In this document: positions 9,197-19,601 of the stretch, one piece after another
Layout of the letters: every line of letters starts with the position of its first letter
Position numbering within the stretch: position 1 is the stretch's first letter
Source: Caedibacter taeniospiralis
Lineage (GTDB): Bacteria; Pseudomonadota; Gammaproteobacteria; Francisellales; Francisellaceae
Direction: 5' to 3'
DNA length: 32,000 nt
Assembly (NCBI RefSeq): GCF_002803295.2
Contig: NZ_PGGB02000002.1
Location: 73,476-105,475, forward strand
The notes under the pieces: generated by a model
The model's input: only the letters and a program-made list of their open reading frames with translations
Told to the model about the DNA's origin: nothing
Databases searched by the model: none
Program-made: the position numbers and the translations under genes

Positions 9197-10228
9197 ATGA
9201 CGAAAGCAGTAAAAATAGCGAAAGAAATCCATAAAAAAATTGTTTTAACAGGCATCACTCCTTCTGGTACGCCACATATCGGTAATTACATTGGTGCCAT
9301 TAAACCTGCGTTGGAAATGGCAAAAAATCCTGATTTTGATGCTTATTTCTTCATTGCGGATTATCATTCACTCATCAAACTATGGGATGGTCAATTAAGG
9401 CAGCAATATATTTACGAGATCGCAGCGACTTGGCTCGCTGCAGGGTTGGATCCAAAAAAAGTGATGTTTTATCGCCAGTCAGATATTCCTGAGATTATGG
9501 AACTTAATTGGATATTAACCTCGGTCACTGCCAAGGGGCTTTTAAATCGTGCTCATGCTTATAAAGCAGCGGTGGATGCTAATATCGCCGAGGGTGAAAA
9601 GGATGAAGATGCAGGTGTCACGATGGGGCTTTTTAATTATCCGATGCTTATGGCAGCGGATATTATTATGTTGAGTGCGGATCTTGTTCCTGTGGGGAAA
9701 GATCAGATTCAGCACATTGAAATTGCGCGTGATATTGCCAATCGTTTAAACCACATTTATGGATGTAACCTGTTGAAGGCTCCAGAGGCGTTGGTCGATA
9801 AAAGTACGCAAACCATTCTGGGGTTAGATGGGCGCAAGATGTCTAAGAGTTATAACAACACCATCCCATTATTTGCGCCAAGTAAGTTGCTTAAAAAACT
9901 GGTGATGAAAATTGTCACCAATTCACAGCTGCCAGAAGAACCTAAGGAAGTAAAAGACTGTATGGTTTTCGCGCTCTACAAACATTTTGCCGATGAGACT
10001 GAAGTTTCTATCCTTGCTGAACGCTATCAAACTGGGATTGGCTGGGGTGAGGCGAAACAAATTTTATTTGAAAAAATGGATGTTGTGCTAACTCCTATGC
10101 GTGAAAGGTATGAATATCTTTTGGAAAATAAACAGATTATTGATGAGTATTTAGCAGAAGGTGCGGCGAAGGTTCGCATAGAGGCACAACAGCTACTAGT
10201 CAAACTAAAGCAACAAATCGGTCTATAG
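9197..10228 (+). CDS. trpS: Tryptophan--tRNA ligase
   Basis: Class I signatures PSGTPHIGNYIGA (HIGH-type) and GRKMSKS, plus VPVGKDQIQHIE. 343 aa. Confidence 0.88.
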   Translation: MTKAVKIAKEIHKKIVLTGITPSGTPHIGNYIGAIKPALEMAKNPDFDAYFFIADYHSLIKLWDGQLRQQYIYEIAATWLAAGLDPKKVMFYRQSDIPEIMELNWILTSVTAKGLLNRAHAYKAAVDANIAEGEKDEDAGVTMGLFNYPMLMAADIIMLSADLVPVGKDQIQHIEIARDIANRLNHIYGCNLLKAPEALVDKSTQTILGLDGRKMSKSYNNTIPLFAPSKLLKKLVMKIVTNSQLPEEPKEVKDCMVFALYKHFADETEVSILAERYQTGIGWGEAKQILFEKMDVVLTPMRERYEYLLENKQIIDEYLAEGAAKVRIEAQQLLVKLKQQIGL

Positions 10229-10229
10229 C

Positions 10230-10949
10230 ATGTATTGTATTGTCGCTAATTTTGGTGATGACAGCATTGCTCTCATACAGCGTGCGTATGAGCTTAGCTT
10301 GTCAGACGTTATTGTGCTATCAGTGGACACAGGGTGGCAGGCAAGCATATGGCAAGCTCGTGTGGATAAGGCTAGTAGCTGGATTAAAGCGCTTGGATTT
10401 ACGCATTATCACTTAAAGCCAGAGCATGATTTTAGTGCGTTAGTTAAGGCACGTAAGCAATTTCCTTCTCAACAATTTCACTGGTGTGCAGGGTTTTTAA
10501 AAGGCATGGCAATACTTAATTGGCTTGAGAAAAATGATGAAAATTTAGAGGCTATCATACTTTTGGCAAACCGCCGATCAATGAGTAAGGCGCAAGCCGA
10601 TTTGCCTTATGAGATAGAGGAATCACAGCGCTATGATGATCGCAAGGTGCGCTATCTTCTGGCGGATATGGGTGAAGACGAGCGTAATCAGTTGATTGCC
10701 AAGACCCCTTTTAAAACGCCATTAAACCACCGCTCACTGGAATGCCAGCCGTGTATTCATTTAACCCAAAGAGACGTGCTGACTTTTTCAGCAAGAGACA
10801 TTAAACGTATCACGGCTTTAGAGCATGAAATTGCACTGCCAATGTTCGATCAGGACTTTGGCGAATATTTAAGCGCTATCAAAAAAAATACTAACTATTA
10901 TGACGAGTTTGCCAAGACCTGTAGTTGGGATTATGGCTGCGGGCTGTAG
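10230..10949 (+). CDS. PAPS/APS-reductase-like (CysH family, adenine nucleotide alpha-hydrolase fold) protein with divergent motifs
   Basis: Collinear with CysH as I recall it: NFGDDSIAL (cf. SSFGIQAAV), SVDTGW (cf. TDTGY), WCAGFLK (cf. CCxxRK of APS reductases), LANRRSMSKAQA (cf. GLRREQSGSRA), ECQPC (CxxC) and a C-terminal YGCGL (cf. ECGLH). The ATG lies 1 nt after the trpS stop. Confidence 0.55.
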   Translation: MYCIVANFGDDSIALIQRAYELSLSDVIVLSVDTGWQASIWQARVDKASSWIKALGFTHYHLKPEHDFSALVKARKQFPSQQFHWCAGFLKGMAILNWLEKNDENLEAIILLANRRSMSKAQADLPYEIEESQRYDDRKVRYLLADMGEDERNQLIAKTPFKTPLNHRSLECQPCIHLTQRDVLTFSARDIKRITALEHEIALPMFDQDFGEYLSAIKKNTNYYDEFAKTCSWDYGCGL

Positions 10950-10959
10950 TTGTACTACC

Positions 10960-11829
10960 CTAAAACAAGGCTAGGGTCACTTGAAAATATGTGGCTGTTA
11001 TCGCTTGCCCTATAAACGGATAAAGAATCCCAGTAAGTGCAATTGCAGGTCCAAAAGGAATCAGGTTTTGTTGTTGTTTACGAATAAGGCTTGCGCATAA
11101 AGCAAAAACAATGCCTAACACAGCACTCACAAAAATGAGAAATAATAAACTCTGAAGACCAAACCAGGCGCCAAGTGCTGCCATAAGCTTAAAATCTCCA
11201 TAGCCCATTCCTTCCTTTTTGATTATCCATTTAAAAACCCAAAACACCAGCCATAATATGCCATAGCCTGCGCTTGCACCTAGTATCGCCATTGTGGGGG
11301 TGGTGAAAACAAAAGCACAATTTGCCAAGAGTCCAAGCCATAGTAGTGGCAGCGTTAGCACATCAGGCAACATGAAATGCTTAAGGTCAATCACGACAAG
11401 GGGGATAAGAAAGAAACACAGTACACAAAGTAAGAGGCTAAAAGCGTTAATACCAAAAAACCACAAGATGAACAATATGAGAGCACCACTAAGTATTTCA
11501 ATAATTGGATAAATAGGGGATATTTTATGCTGGCAAAAGGCGCATTTCCCACGTAGAAAAATAAAGCTGAGCACAGGGATGTTATGCCAGGCTTTTAAAG
11601 TGGTGTGGCAGTTTGGGCAAGCGGAGCTTCGGTGAATATTTTCTTGTTGTTGAGTTGCAAGACCTTCGCCATTATTTACGCCAGGTAATTCTTGTGCCTC
11701 ACGTTTGTATTGATCCTCCAGTATTTTAGGCAGGCGTAAAATGACAACATTCAAAAAACTGCCGATACAGACTGCAATAATGGTTGCAAAAGTTAAGAGG
11801 ATTGGCTTTGCGGAAATTAACAGATCCAT
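10960..11829 (-). CDS. pilD: Prepilin peptidase / N-methyltransferase (type IV pilin and T2SS pseudopilin leader peptidase)
   Basis: Cys-rich region CPNCHTTL...GKCAFCQHKI, catalytic Asp motif GMGYGDFKLMAALGAW, polytopic membrane protein. Confidence 0.9.
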   Translation of the reverse strand: MDLLISAKPILLTFATIIAVCIGSFLNVVILRLPKILEDQYKREAQELPGVNNGEGLATQQQENIHRSSACPNCHTTLKAWHNIPVLSFIFLRGKCAFCQHKISPIYPIIEILSGALILFILWFFGINAFSLLLCVLCFFLIPLVVIDLKHFMLPDVLTLPLLWLGLLANCAFVFTTPTMAILGASAGYGILWLVFWVFKWIIKKEGMGYGDFKLMAALGAWFGLQSLLFLIFVSAVLGIVFALCASLIRKQQQNLIPFGPAIALTGILYPFIGQAITATYFQVTLALF

Positions 11830-11859
11830 AATTTTTAGTGGGCGTCATTGGTTTTACAT

Positions 11860-11871
11860 GAGTATATACAC
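11860..11871. promoter_or_regulatory. GAGTATATACAC, an 11/12 match to the GAGTATATACTC palindrome, 30 nt upstream of the pilD ATG
   Basis: Direct reading. See the copies at 29695-29706 and 31975-31986. Confidence 0.3.
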
Positions 11872-11910
11872 ATTCTCAAATCCTAAAACAAAAACTTTGC
11901 CAATTGGCGC

Positions 11911-11939
11911 TTAACCAGCACCAGATTATCAGATATACT
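11911..11939 (+). promoter_or_regulatory. Candidate sigma70 promoter for sucCD (TTAACC-N17-TATACT)
   Basis: TTAACC at 11911-11916, a 17-nt spacer, TATACT at 11934-11939. The resulting ~75-nt leader contains an 8-bp-stem hairpin, ATGTTTTC (11945-11952) / GAAAACAT (11975-11982). Confidence 0.3.
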
Positions 11940-12018
11940 TGCCGATGTTTTCGTTTTTGTGTCGCTAAGAGCATGAAAACATTGTTAAACAAACCATAAA
12001 GTAGATAGTGAGAAAGAT

Positions 12019-13194
12019 ATGAATTTACACGAGTATCAAGCAAAACAGCTTTTTGCTGAATATGGCTTGCCTGTTTCTAAGGGCTATGCTGTTGAAAGTG
12101 TTGAAGAAGCGTTGGTTGCTGTTGATAAAATTGGTGGCGACATGTGGGTTGTTAAGGCACAAGTGCATGCAGGCGGTCGTGGTAAGGCTGGAGGGGTTAA
12201 ACTTGTTTCTAGCAAAGAAGATGTTGCTAAATTTGTGAAAAACATGATGGGTACACGTCTTGTTACTTTCCAAACCGATGAGCATGGTCAACCCGTTAGT
12301 AAAATTCTTATTGAAAGCTGTACTGATATTGCCAAAGAGTTATACCTAAGTGCGGTTGTTGATCGCAGTACACGCCGTATTATTTTTATGGCTTCAACAG
12401 AAGGTGGTGTTGAGATTGAAGAAGTAGCCGCTCACACGCCGCACAAAATCTTTAAAGAAATTATTGATCCTGTGGTCGGTGCGCAACCCTATCAAGCGCG
12501 CAAAATCGCATTTAAGCTCGGATTAGAGGGTAATCAGATCAAGCAATTTACTAAGATTTTCTTAGGTCTTGCTAGAATGTTTGAGGAAAAAGACCTTGAT
12601 CTTTTAGAAATCAACCCTTTGGTGATCACCAAGGAGGGTAATTTACACTGTTTAGATGCTAAGGTTTCGGTAGACAATAATGCCTTATTTCGTCAGCAGC
12701 AATTAGCTGAATGGCGTGATTTGACTCAGGAAGATGAGCGTGAGGCGCGCGCTGCCGAATGGGAGCTTAACTATGTTGCCTTAGAGGGTGATATCGGCTG
12801 CATGGTCAATGGCGCGGGGCTTGCAATGGCCACAATGGACATCGTTAAACTGCACGGAGGGCGTCCTGCGAACTTCCTGGATGTTGGCGGTGGCGCGACC
12901 AAAGAGCGTGTGTCGGAAGCGTTTAAAATTATTCTATCTGATTCAGCGGTTAAGGGTGTATTTGTGAATATCTTTGGTGGAATCGTACGTTGTGACATGA
13001 TTGCTGAAGGAATTATGGCTGCGGTTGAAGAAGTTGGTGTTAAGGTGCCTGTGGTTGTGCGTCTAGCGGGAACCAATGCGGAACTGGGTGCCAAGAAATT
13101 AAAAGAAAGTGGTTTAAACATTATTGCAGCAGGTGGTTTTACCGATGGTGCGAAGAAAATCATTGAAGCAGTTAAAGAGGTAACTCACGTATGA
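12019..13194 (+). CDS. sucC: Succinate--CoA ligase (ADP-forming) subunit beta
   Basis: [19 protein letters not shown] start, ATP-grasp fold, [19 protein letters not shown] overlap with sucD. Confidence 0.95.
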   Translation: MNLHEYQAKQLFAEYGLPVSKGYAVESVEEALVAVDKIGGDMWVVKAQVHAGGRGKAGGVKLVSSKEDVAKFVKNMMGTRLVTFQTDEHGQPVSKILIESCTDIAKELYLSAVVDRSTRRIIFMASTEGGVEIEEVAAHTPHKIFKEIIDPVVGAQPYQARKIAFKLGLEGNQIKQFTKIFLGLARMFEEKDLDLLEINPLVITKEGNLHCLDAKVSVDNNALFRQQQLAEWRDLTQEDEREARAAEWELNYVALEGDIGCMVNGAGLAMATMDIVKLHGGRPANFLDVGGGATKERVSEAFKIILSDSAVKGVFVNIFGGIVRCDMIAEGIMAAVEEVGVKVPVVVRLAGTNAELGAKKLKESGLNIIAAGGFTDGAKKIIEAVKEVTHV

Positions 13195-14075
13195 GCGTTT
13201 TAGTTAATAAGAACACAAAAGTTATTTGCCAGGGCTTCACAGGTAAGCAGGGCACGTTTCATTCTGAACAAGCGATTGCCTATGGCACAAAAATGGTTGG
13301 CGGTGTGACACCTGGCAAAGGGGGCACGACGCATTTGGATTTGCCTGTATTTAACACGGTACAAGAAGCCGCTGATGCGGTAAAGCCTGATGCAACGGTC
13401 ATTTATGTCCCAGCCCCATTTTGTAAGGACTCAATCATTGAAGCCGCTGATGCGGGCATTAAGCTCATCGTGTGTATTACCGAAGGGATTCCTGTGATGG
13501 ATATGCTTGAAACTAAGGTTTATGTGGAGCGCTCAGGTTCTCGTTTAATCGGTCCAAACTGTCCAGGTGTGATTACGCCTGGTGAGTGTAAAATCGGTAT
13601 TATGCCAGGCAATATCCATATGCCAGGAAAAGTGGGTATCGTGTCACGTTCTGGTACTTTGACTTACGAGGCAGTTAATCAAACGACCGCTTTGGGCTTT
13701 GGTCAGTCAACCTGTATCGGTATTGGTGGCGATCCCATTCCAGGCACTAATTTTATCGATGCACTTGCCTTGTTTCAGAATGATCCGCAAACTGAGGCGA
13801 TCATTATGGTCGGTGAGATCGGTGGTTCAGCTGAAGAAGAAGCCGCTGCATACATCAAGAAGCATGTAACAAAACCTGTTGTATCTTATATTGCAGGTGT
13901 TACGGCCCCAGCGGGCAAACGCATGGGGCACGCGGGAGCGATCATCTCTGGTGGCAAGGGGACTGCTGCGGAGAAATTTGCAGCCCTTGAAGCTGCGGGC
14001 GTTGCCGTAAGCAAATCCCCAGCTGAGATGGGTAAAGTCCTCAAAGAAATTACGGGGTGGATGGTTCCTGCCTGA
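13191..14075 (+). CDS. sucD: Succinate--CoA ligase subunit alpha
   Basis: [23 protein letters not shown] and the phosphohistidine loop [11 protein letters not shown]. Confidence 0.95.
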   Translation: MSVLVNKNTKVICQGFTGKQGTFHSEQAIAYGTKMVGGVTPGKGGTTHLDLPVFNTVQEAADAVKPDATVIYVPAPFCKDSIIEAADAGIKLIVCITEGIPVMDMLETKVYVERSGSRLIGPNCPGVITPGECKIGIMPGNIHMPGKVGIVSRSGTLTYEAVNQTTALGFGQSTCIGIGGDPIPGTNFIDALALFQNDPQTEAIIMVGEIGGSAEEEAAAYIKKHVTKPVVSYIAGVTAPAGKRMGHAGAIISGGKGTAAEKFAALEAAGVAVSKSPAEMGKVLKEITGWMVPA

Positions 14076-14115
14076 TTTTTGCATTGGGTTGATCTAAATT
14101 TTAGGAGAATAATCT

Positions 14116-14566
14116 ATGACCAGTACACTTTATGAGAAAGACTTCTACGCTTGGACCATGCAAACAGTAAAGGCATTGCGGGAAAGAGCATTTGATAATC
14201 TAGATATAGACCACTTAGCTGAGGAAGTGGAAAGCATGGGTAAGAGTGATTTTAGAGAGTTAAAAAAATCGTTTAATTGTGCTTATTGCGCACTTATTGG
14301 GGTGGGAATATCAAGAAAATCAAAGAAGCTCAAGTTGGCAAGGAACTATCAGAGAACAGCGTAACTCGATAGAAGATGTGCTGGAAGATAGTCCAAGCTT
14401 ATATCGATTAATTGAAGGATTAATGACTGAAGATAGGTTGTATATTCGCGCAGTGAACATTGCCGCTTTGGAAACAGGCATAGCTAAGAAAGCATTTCCA
14501 GAGCACTGTCCTTATAGCGTGACTCAACTAATGGACCACGATTTCTTGCCTGTGGATTTACAGTAA
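14116..14566 (+). pseudogene. DUF29 family protein interrupted by a +1 frameshift in an A7 run
   Basis: ORFs 14116..14364 and 14279..14566 are the two halves of a DUF29-type protein (LYEKDFYAWT...DIDHLAEEVESMGKSDFRELK | NRLIVLIAHLLGWEYQENQRSSSWQGTIREQRNSIEDVLEDSPSL...). Removing one A from A7 (14262-14268) fuses them into a 149-codon ORF. A good AGGAG lies 8 nt before the ATG. Confidence 0.8.
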
Positions 14567-15484
14567 ATCTAAAAGCTTACTGCATTCCCGATCATAAGGC
14601 GCTTCAAAGTAAATCTCTTCTGTTGTTTTAGGATCTTTGAAGGAGAGTCTTGCCGAATGTAAAAACAGGCGATTAAAACCTTTGCTGATAAGTCCTTGAT
14701 CCTTTGCTTCAACACCATATTTTTTATCGCATACAATCGGGTGATCAAATGCCGTAAGGTGCACGCGGATCTGATGCGTTCTACCCGTATGGGGTATGGC
14801 TTCAACCAGGGTGTAATCGTCGAATTTTTGCAAAATGCGTACACTGGTCAATGCTTCTTTCCCATCGAGTTTGTCAACGCGCACGATACGCTCGCCATGC
14901 GGGAGTAAATGACGCTTTAATGGTAAGTCAATCTGTTTGATTTTATTTGACCAGTTGCCATGAACCAGGGCGTGATAGGTTTTTTGCACTTCGCGTTTTT
15001 TTAGTGCTTCATGGAAGTAAGTTAAAATGCTGTATTTTTTGGCGATAATCATGCAACCCGAGGTTTCTTTATCCAAGCGGTGTGCCAGTTCCAGTTTCTT
15101 GGCGTGGGGACGCAATTGCCTTAGGCGTTCAATGAGTCCTGAGGTGACTCCAGAGCCGCCATGCACGGCAATGCCACAAGGCTTGTTGATAATCATATAG
15201 TCATCGTTTTCAAATAGAATTAAAGATTCTAAGAAAGACAGATGATCGTCACTCACCCTAATAATGGCGTCTTCTTCCAAAGTAAAGGGGGGAATGCGTA
15301 CGATGTCTCCAGCACTCACACGATAAGTTTGCTTAACGCGTTTTTTATTAACCCGCAACTCACCCTTCCTAAGCCATCGGTAGATTAGAGTTTTAGGGAG
15401 TTTGCTGAATTGACCCATCAGAAAATTATCAATGCGCTGACCGTTTCGATCTTCATCAACATTAAGGTATTGAACGCCTGCCAT
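14558..15484 (-). CDS. rluC: 23S rRNA pseudouridine synthase, RluC-like (RluA family with an S4 domain)
   Basis: N-terminal S4 region GQRIDNFL...LIYRWLRKGELRVNKKRVK...GDIVRIPP closely resembles E. coli RluC. Catalytic motif HRLDKETSGC. Confidence 0.82.
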   Translation of the reverse strand: MAGVQYLNVDEDRNGQRIDNFLMGQFSKLPKTLIYRWLRKGELRVNKKRVKQTYRVSAGDIVRIPPFTLEEDAIIRVSDDHLSFLESLILFENDDYMIINKPCGIAVHGGSGVTSGLIERLRQLRPHAKKLELAHRLDKETSGCMIIAKKYSILTYFHEALKKREVQKTYHALVHGNWSNKIKQIDLPLKRHLLPHGERIVRVDKLDGKEALTSVRILQKFDDYTLVEAIPHTGRTHQIRVHLTAFDHPIVCDKKYGVEAKDQGLISKGFNRLFLHSARLSFKDPKTTEEIYFEAPYDRECSKLLDLL

Positions 15485-15531
15485 ATTAAAATTCCATTAA
15501 ACAAACGATGAATGCAATACGAGGCTGTCCT

Positions 15532-15951
15532 TTACGCTTGAACACAGGCTGAACACCTTTTAATCAGACTCATAATGATTTCATTTCGTTGATCATCCGT
15601 ATAAGGCTTAAACTGTTGTTTTCCCCACACCACATCAGGCCAGCAAAAATCATCCTGCTTTCGACCCACCACGTGAATGTGCATTTGTGAGACGACATTG
15701 CCAATCGTAGCGATATTAATTTTATCGACCTTAAGTTCTGTTTTAAGAAATGCCGATAAGGCACTGACCAGTTTATTAAGCCTGATTTGCATGACTTCTT
15801 CGAGCTCAAACCATTCTGTCAGCTGAACTTTTGGGATAAGCAAAAACCATGGCACAAGCGCGTTGTTAGACAGTCGAAGCTCAATGTCACCCAGGTCTTT
15901 GATTAAGCTACTGGTTTCCGCTAAGCGCCTATCGAGCTTGAAATTGTTCAT
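15532..15951 (-). CDS. HIT-family (histidine triad-like) protein with an incomplete triad
   Basis: 139 aa. The motif region is NVVSQMHIHVVGRK (H-x-H-x-V rather than H-x-H-x-H). The start overlaps the kdsB 3' end by 23 nt. Confidence 0.6.
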   Translation of the reverse strand: MNNFKLDRRLAETSSLIKDLGDIELRLSNNALVPWFLLIPKVQLTEWFELEEVMQIRLNKLVSALSAFLKTELKVDKINIATIGNVVSQMHIHVVGRKQDDFCWPDVVWGKQQFKPYTDDQRNEIIMSLIKRCSACVQA

Positions 15952-16693
15952 ATACGTGTCTCATCTTTTCTAAGTCTGCCAAAGTGTCAATTCCTGGGGG
16001 AGTTTTGGCGTTTGCTGTGGCGATCGCAATCTTTTGATCATGCCACAGTACGCGTAGCTGCTCTAGAGACTCAATTTGTTCAAGCGGGCTCTTGGTCATT
16101 TGCGTATATGTTTTTAAAAAGCCTGCACGATAGGCATATAAACCAATATGGCGGTAGTGATCACCTGGATTAATTTTGTTTTGATCAAACACTCCTCTCT
16201 GCCAGGGAATGGGCGCGCGTGAAAAATACAGGGCAAACCCGTGGTGATTGAATACCACCTTAACACAATTTGGATCGTGCACTTCTGATTCATCTGTGAT
16301 TTGCTCGCACAAAGTTGACATGACTGCCGCAGGCTTATTGATGAGTAAATCAGTCGCTTGAATGACATTTGCAACAGGAATCAATGGCTCATCACCCTGA
16401 ATGTTCACGACAATGTCATCATCTGCTATTGAAAGTTTTTCGATCGCCTCAGCCAGGCGATCCGTGCCTGACGGATGATCAGCGCGTGTCAAACACACTT
16501 GAGCTCCAAAGCTTTCGGCAACTTTTCTAATTTCTTCACTATCTGTCGCAATGACAACCTGGTCGAACTGACATTGGACTGCCCGATGATAGACATGCTC
16601 AATAATGGGTTTTCCCGCCAAATCAAGCAGTAATTTATTGGCAAGTCTTGTGGATTTCAGGCGTGCTGGAATAATAATGTGTCGCTTAATCAT
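15929..16693 (-). CDS. kdsB: 3-deoxy-manno-octulosonate cytidylyltransferase (CMP-Kdo synthetase)
   Basis: IIPARLKSTRLANKLL, NIQGDEPLI. 254 aa. Conserved ycaR-kdsB adjacency. Confidence 0.9.
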   Translation of the reverse strand: MIKRHIIIPARLKSTRLANKLLLDLAGKPIIEHVYHRAVQCQFDQVVIATDSEEIRKVAESFGAQVCLTRADHPSGTDRLAEAIEKLSIADDDIVVNIQGDEPLIPVANVIQATDLLINKPAAVMSTLCEQITDESEVHDPNCVKVVFNHHGFALYFSRAPIPWQRGVFDQNKINPGDHYRHIGLYAYRAGFLKTYTQMTKSPLEQIESLEQLRVLWHDQKIAIATANAKTPPGIDTLADLEKMRHVYEQFQAR

Positions 16694-16874
16694 ATTGTTT
16701 TACTTCTTCAAGCGTTAATTTTCTGGCTTCTTCAATCAGCATTCTTGGAACCTCATCGATAATGGGGTAAGCCAACTTATCCGCTTTACACACAAGCTGC
16801 CTGTTTTTCTTGTCATAAATTACATGAGATTGACACACAGGACATACTAAAATACTCAATAGATTTTGATCCAT
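16686..16874 (-). CDS. ycaR: Trm112/YcaR (UPF0434) family small zinc-ribbon-like protein
   Basis: From ATG 16874: MDQNLLSILVCPVCQSHVIYDKKNRQLVCKADKLAYPIIDEVPRMLIEEARKL. This matches the YcaR pattern LL.ILVCP.C...L.Y......L.C....LAYPI.D.IP.ML..EAR. The track's longer ORF (to 16943) would overlap the TusA gene. Confidence 0.8.
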   Translation of the reverse strand: MDQNLLSILVCPVCQSHVIYDKKNRQLVCKADKLAYPIIDEVPRMLIEEARKLTLEEVKQYD

Positions 16875-16878
16875 ACTC

Positions 16879-17103
16879 TTAGGCCTTAATGATAAAGATA
16901 AACTCGTTGTTTTCTTCAAATTGCTCCACAATAACGTATTCATTAATCCTGCACCAGGCAGGAATATCGTGTTTCACCCCAGGGTCGGTACAAATGACCC
17001 TTAAATGTTCACCTGTATTCATTTTCTTCAACGCATTCTGCGTCTTAATCACGGGCATTGGGCACAATAAGCGCCGTAAATCTAACTCAATCTCAATGCT
17101 CAT
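16879..17103 (-). CDS. TusA-family sulfur carrier protein
   Basis: From ATG 17103: MSIEIELDLRRLLCPMPVIKTQNALKKMNTGEHLRVICTDPGVKHDIPAWC... It carries the CPxP active-site Cys motif. The ATG shares 1 nt with the upstream gene's TAA (TAATG). Confidence 0.8.
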   Translation of the reverse strand: MSIEIELDLRRLLCPMPVIKTQNALKKMNTGEHLRVICTDPGVKHDIPAWCRINEYVIVEQFEENNEFIFIIKA

Positions 17104-18179
17104 TAGATATACCACGTTTCGTCGATTTCATCGACTGTAAAAGGTTTGACTGTATGATCGCGCATGACACCGTCAGGATAACTAAAGCGTAAGCTCACCT
17201 CATCCGCATCACGTCCTTGTGAGAAGCGGGCAATAATTTTAGCTACAAAAGCCTCATCTTTGGAAGTAAACTGACCGTCGATCAAAGTCAGTGGTCCTCC
17301 ATGGCTTTCAACCGTGGCGCTTGGGAACTGATGCTTATAGCCATTTAAGAAATTACTCTCACCTTCTTCACGCGCAATAATGAGTTTAAACTCAGGCTTT
17401 GGACGCAGGTGCCTGCCTATTTTCAATAGCATAATATCATCAAAATCATAGTCGCGCTCGCCATTACGTCCTTTCCATAAATCCACCAGTTTATCCGAGT
17501 ATTGCTTATCGGTTAAAAAGCAGCAGCCACCAGCTCGGGTCGCGTAATCCACAAAACCATAATCTTTGGCTAACTCAAATTGAGGTGTGCGACTTCTGCC
17601 ATGAAAACCAAATAATTGCTCACGCTTAACCCAGCCTTCACGTTCAGGTTTTGTCTCTGGCAGATTCTTAGCACATAAAGGACGCAGTAATAAATCATCA
17701 ATGCCCGATTGTTTTTGAATAACTGGCATCGTATCTTTGCGCTGTGACATGGGGCGTTGCCCAATTACCTCACCTGTGATAATAAAATCAAAGCCGTTTT
17801 CAAGCGCCCACTCTTTGGCTTTTTTGACCATAAATATTTTGCAATCCAGGCATGGATTCATATTGGCGCCATAGCCATATTTTGGATTTAACAGCACATC
17901 CTTATATTCTTCGATGACGTCAATAATGTGAAGCTTTATACCCAACTGTTCGGCAACCCACAACGCATTATTGCGCTTTTGTCTCGCGTGATCTTTTTTA
18001 CGAATGGCATGTGTGTGCCCCTCGACACAAAATCCGGTGAAAAAATTAATACCTTCAACGTGAATGCCTTGATCAAGAACCACTTTGGTCGCAAGCATAG
18101 AGTCTAAGCCCCCTGAAATAAGCGAAACAGCCTTGTACTGTTTTTTAGCTGGGGAGTCAGAGGAGTTAGATAATGTCAT
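17103..18179 (-). CDS. PP-loop ATP pyrophosphatase, ThiI/MnmA-like thiolation enzyme lacking THUMP and rhodanese domains
   Basis: PP-loop SLISGGLDSMLA. ThiI-like segment NPCLDCKIFMVKKAKEWALENGFDFIITGEVIGQRPMSQ (cf. ThiI C.vCK..M...A...A...GA.AIVTGE.LGQVASQ). Further Cys pair GGCCF. A ~150-aa C-terminal region that I do not recognise. Confidence 0.65.
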   Translation of the reverse strand: MTLSNSSDSPAKKQYKAVSLISGGLDSMLATKVVLDQGIHVEGINFFTGFCVEGHTHAIRKKDHARQKRNNALWVAEQLGIKLHIIDVIEEYKDVLLNPKYGYGANMNPCLDCKIFMVKKAKEWALENGFDFIITGEVIGQRPMSQRKDTMPVIQKQSGIDDLLLRPLCAKNLPETKPEREGWVKREQLFGFHGRSRTPQFELAKDYGFVDYATRAGGCCFLTDKQYSDKLVDLWKGRNGERDYDFDDIMLLKIGRHLRPKPEFKLIIAREEGESNFLNGYKHQFPSATVESHGGPLTLIDGQFTSKDEAFVAKIIARFSQGRDADEVSLRFSYPDGVMRDHTVKPFTVDEIDETWYI

Positions 18180-18277
18180 TTACTTTATATTTTGAATCTT
18201 AAAATTTGGCACATTGTACGCGCTATGAGTGATTTTTTCAGCATTCAAATACAATTTTATCTTCATTTTTTGTCGTA

Positions 18278-19579
<1,302 letters not shown>

Positions 19580-19601
19580 TTACTTTGCTAATTAAGCTAG
19601 C

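Noticed and set aside
12771-13163. Long antisense or alternative-frame ORFs inside sucC, purA (19182..19595), fumA (20600..20938), accD (8450..8752), waaA (3850..4212) and others
   Set aside because: These are shadow ORFs opposite or overlapping strongly conserved genes. Their composition is biased (Pro/Ser/Thr/Arg-rich) and they lack start signals.
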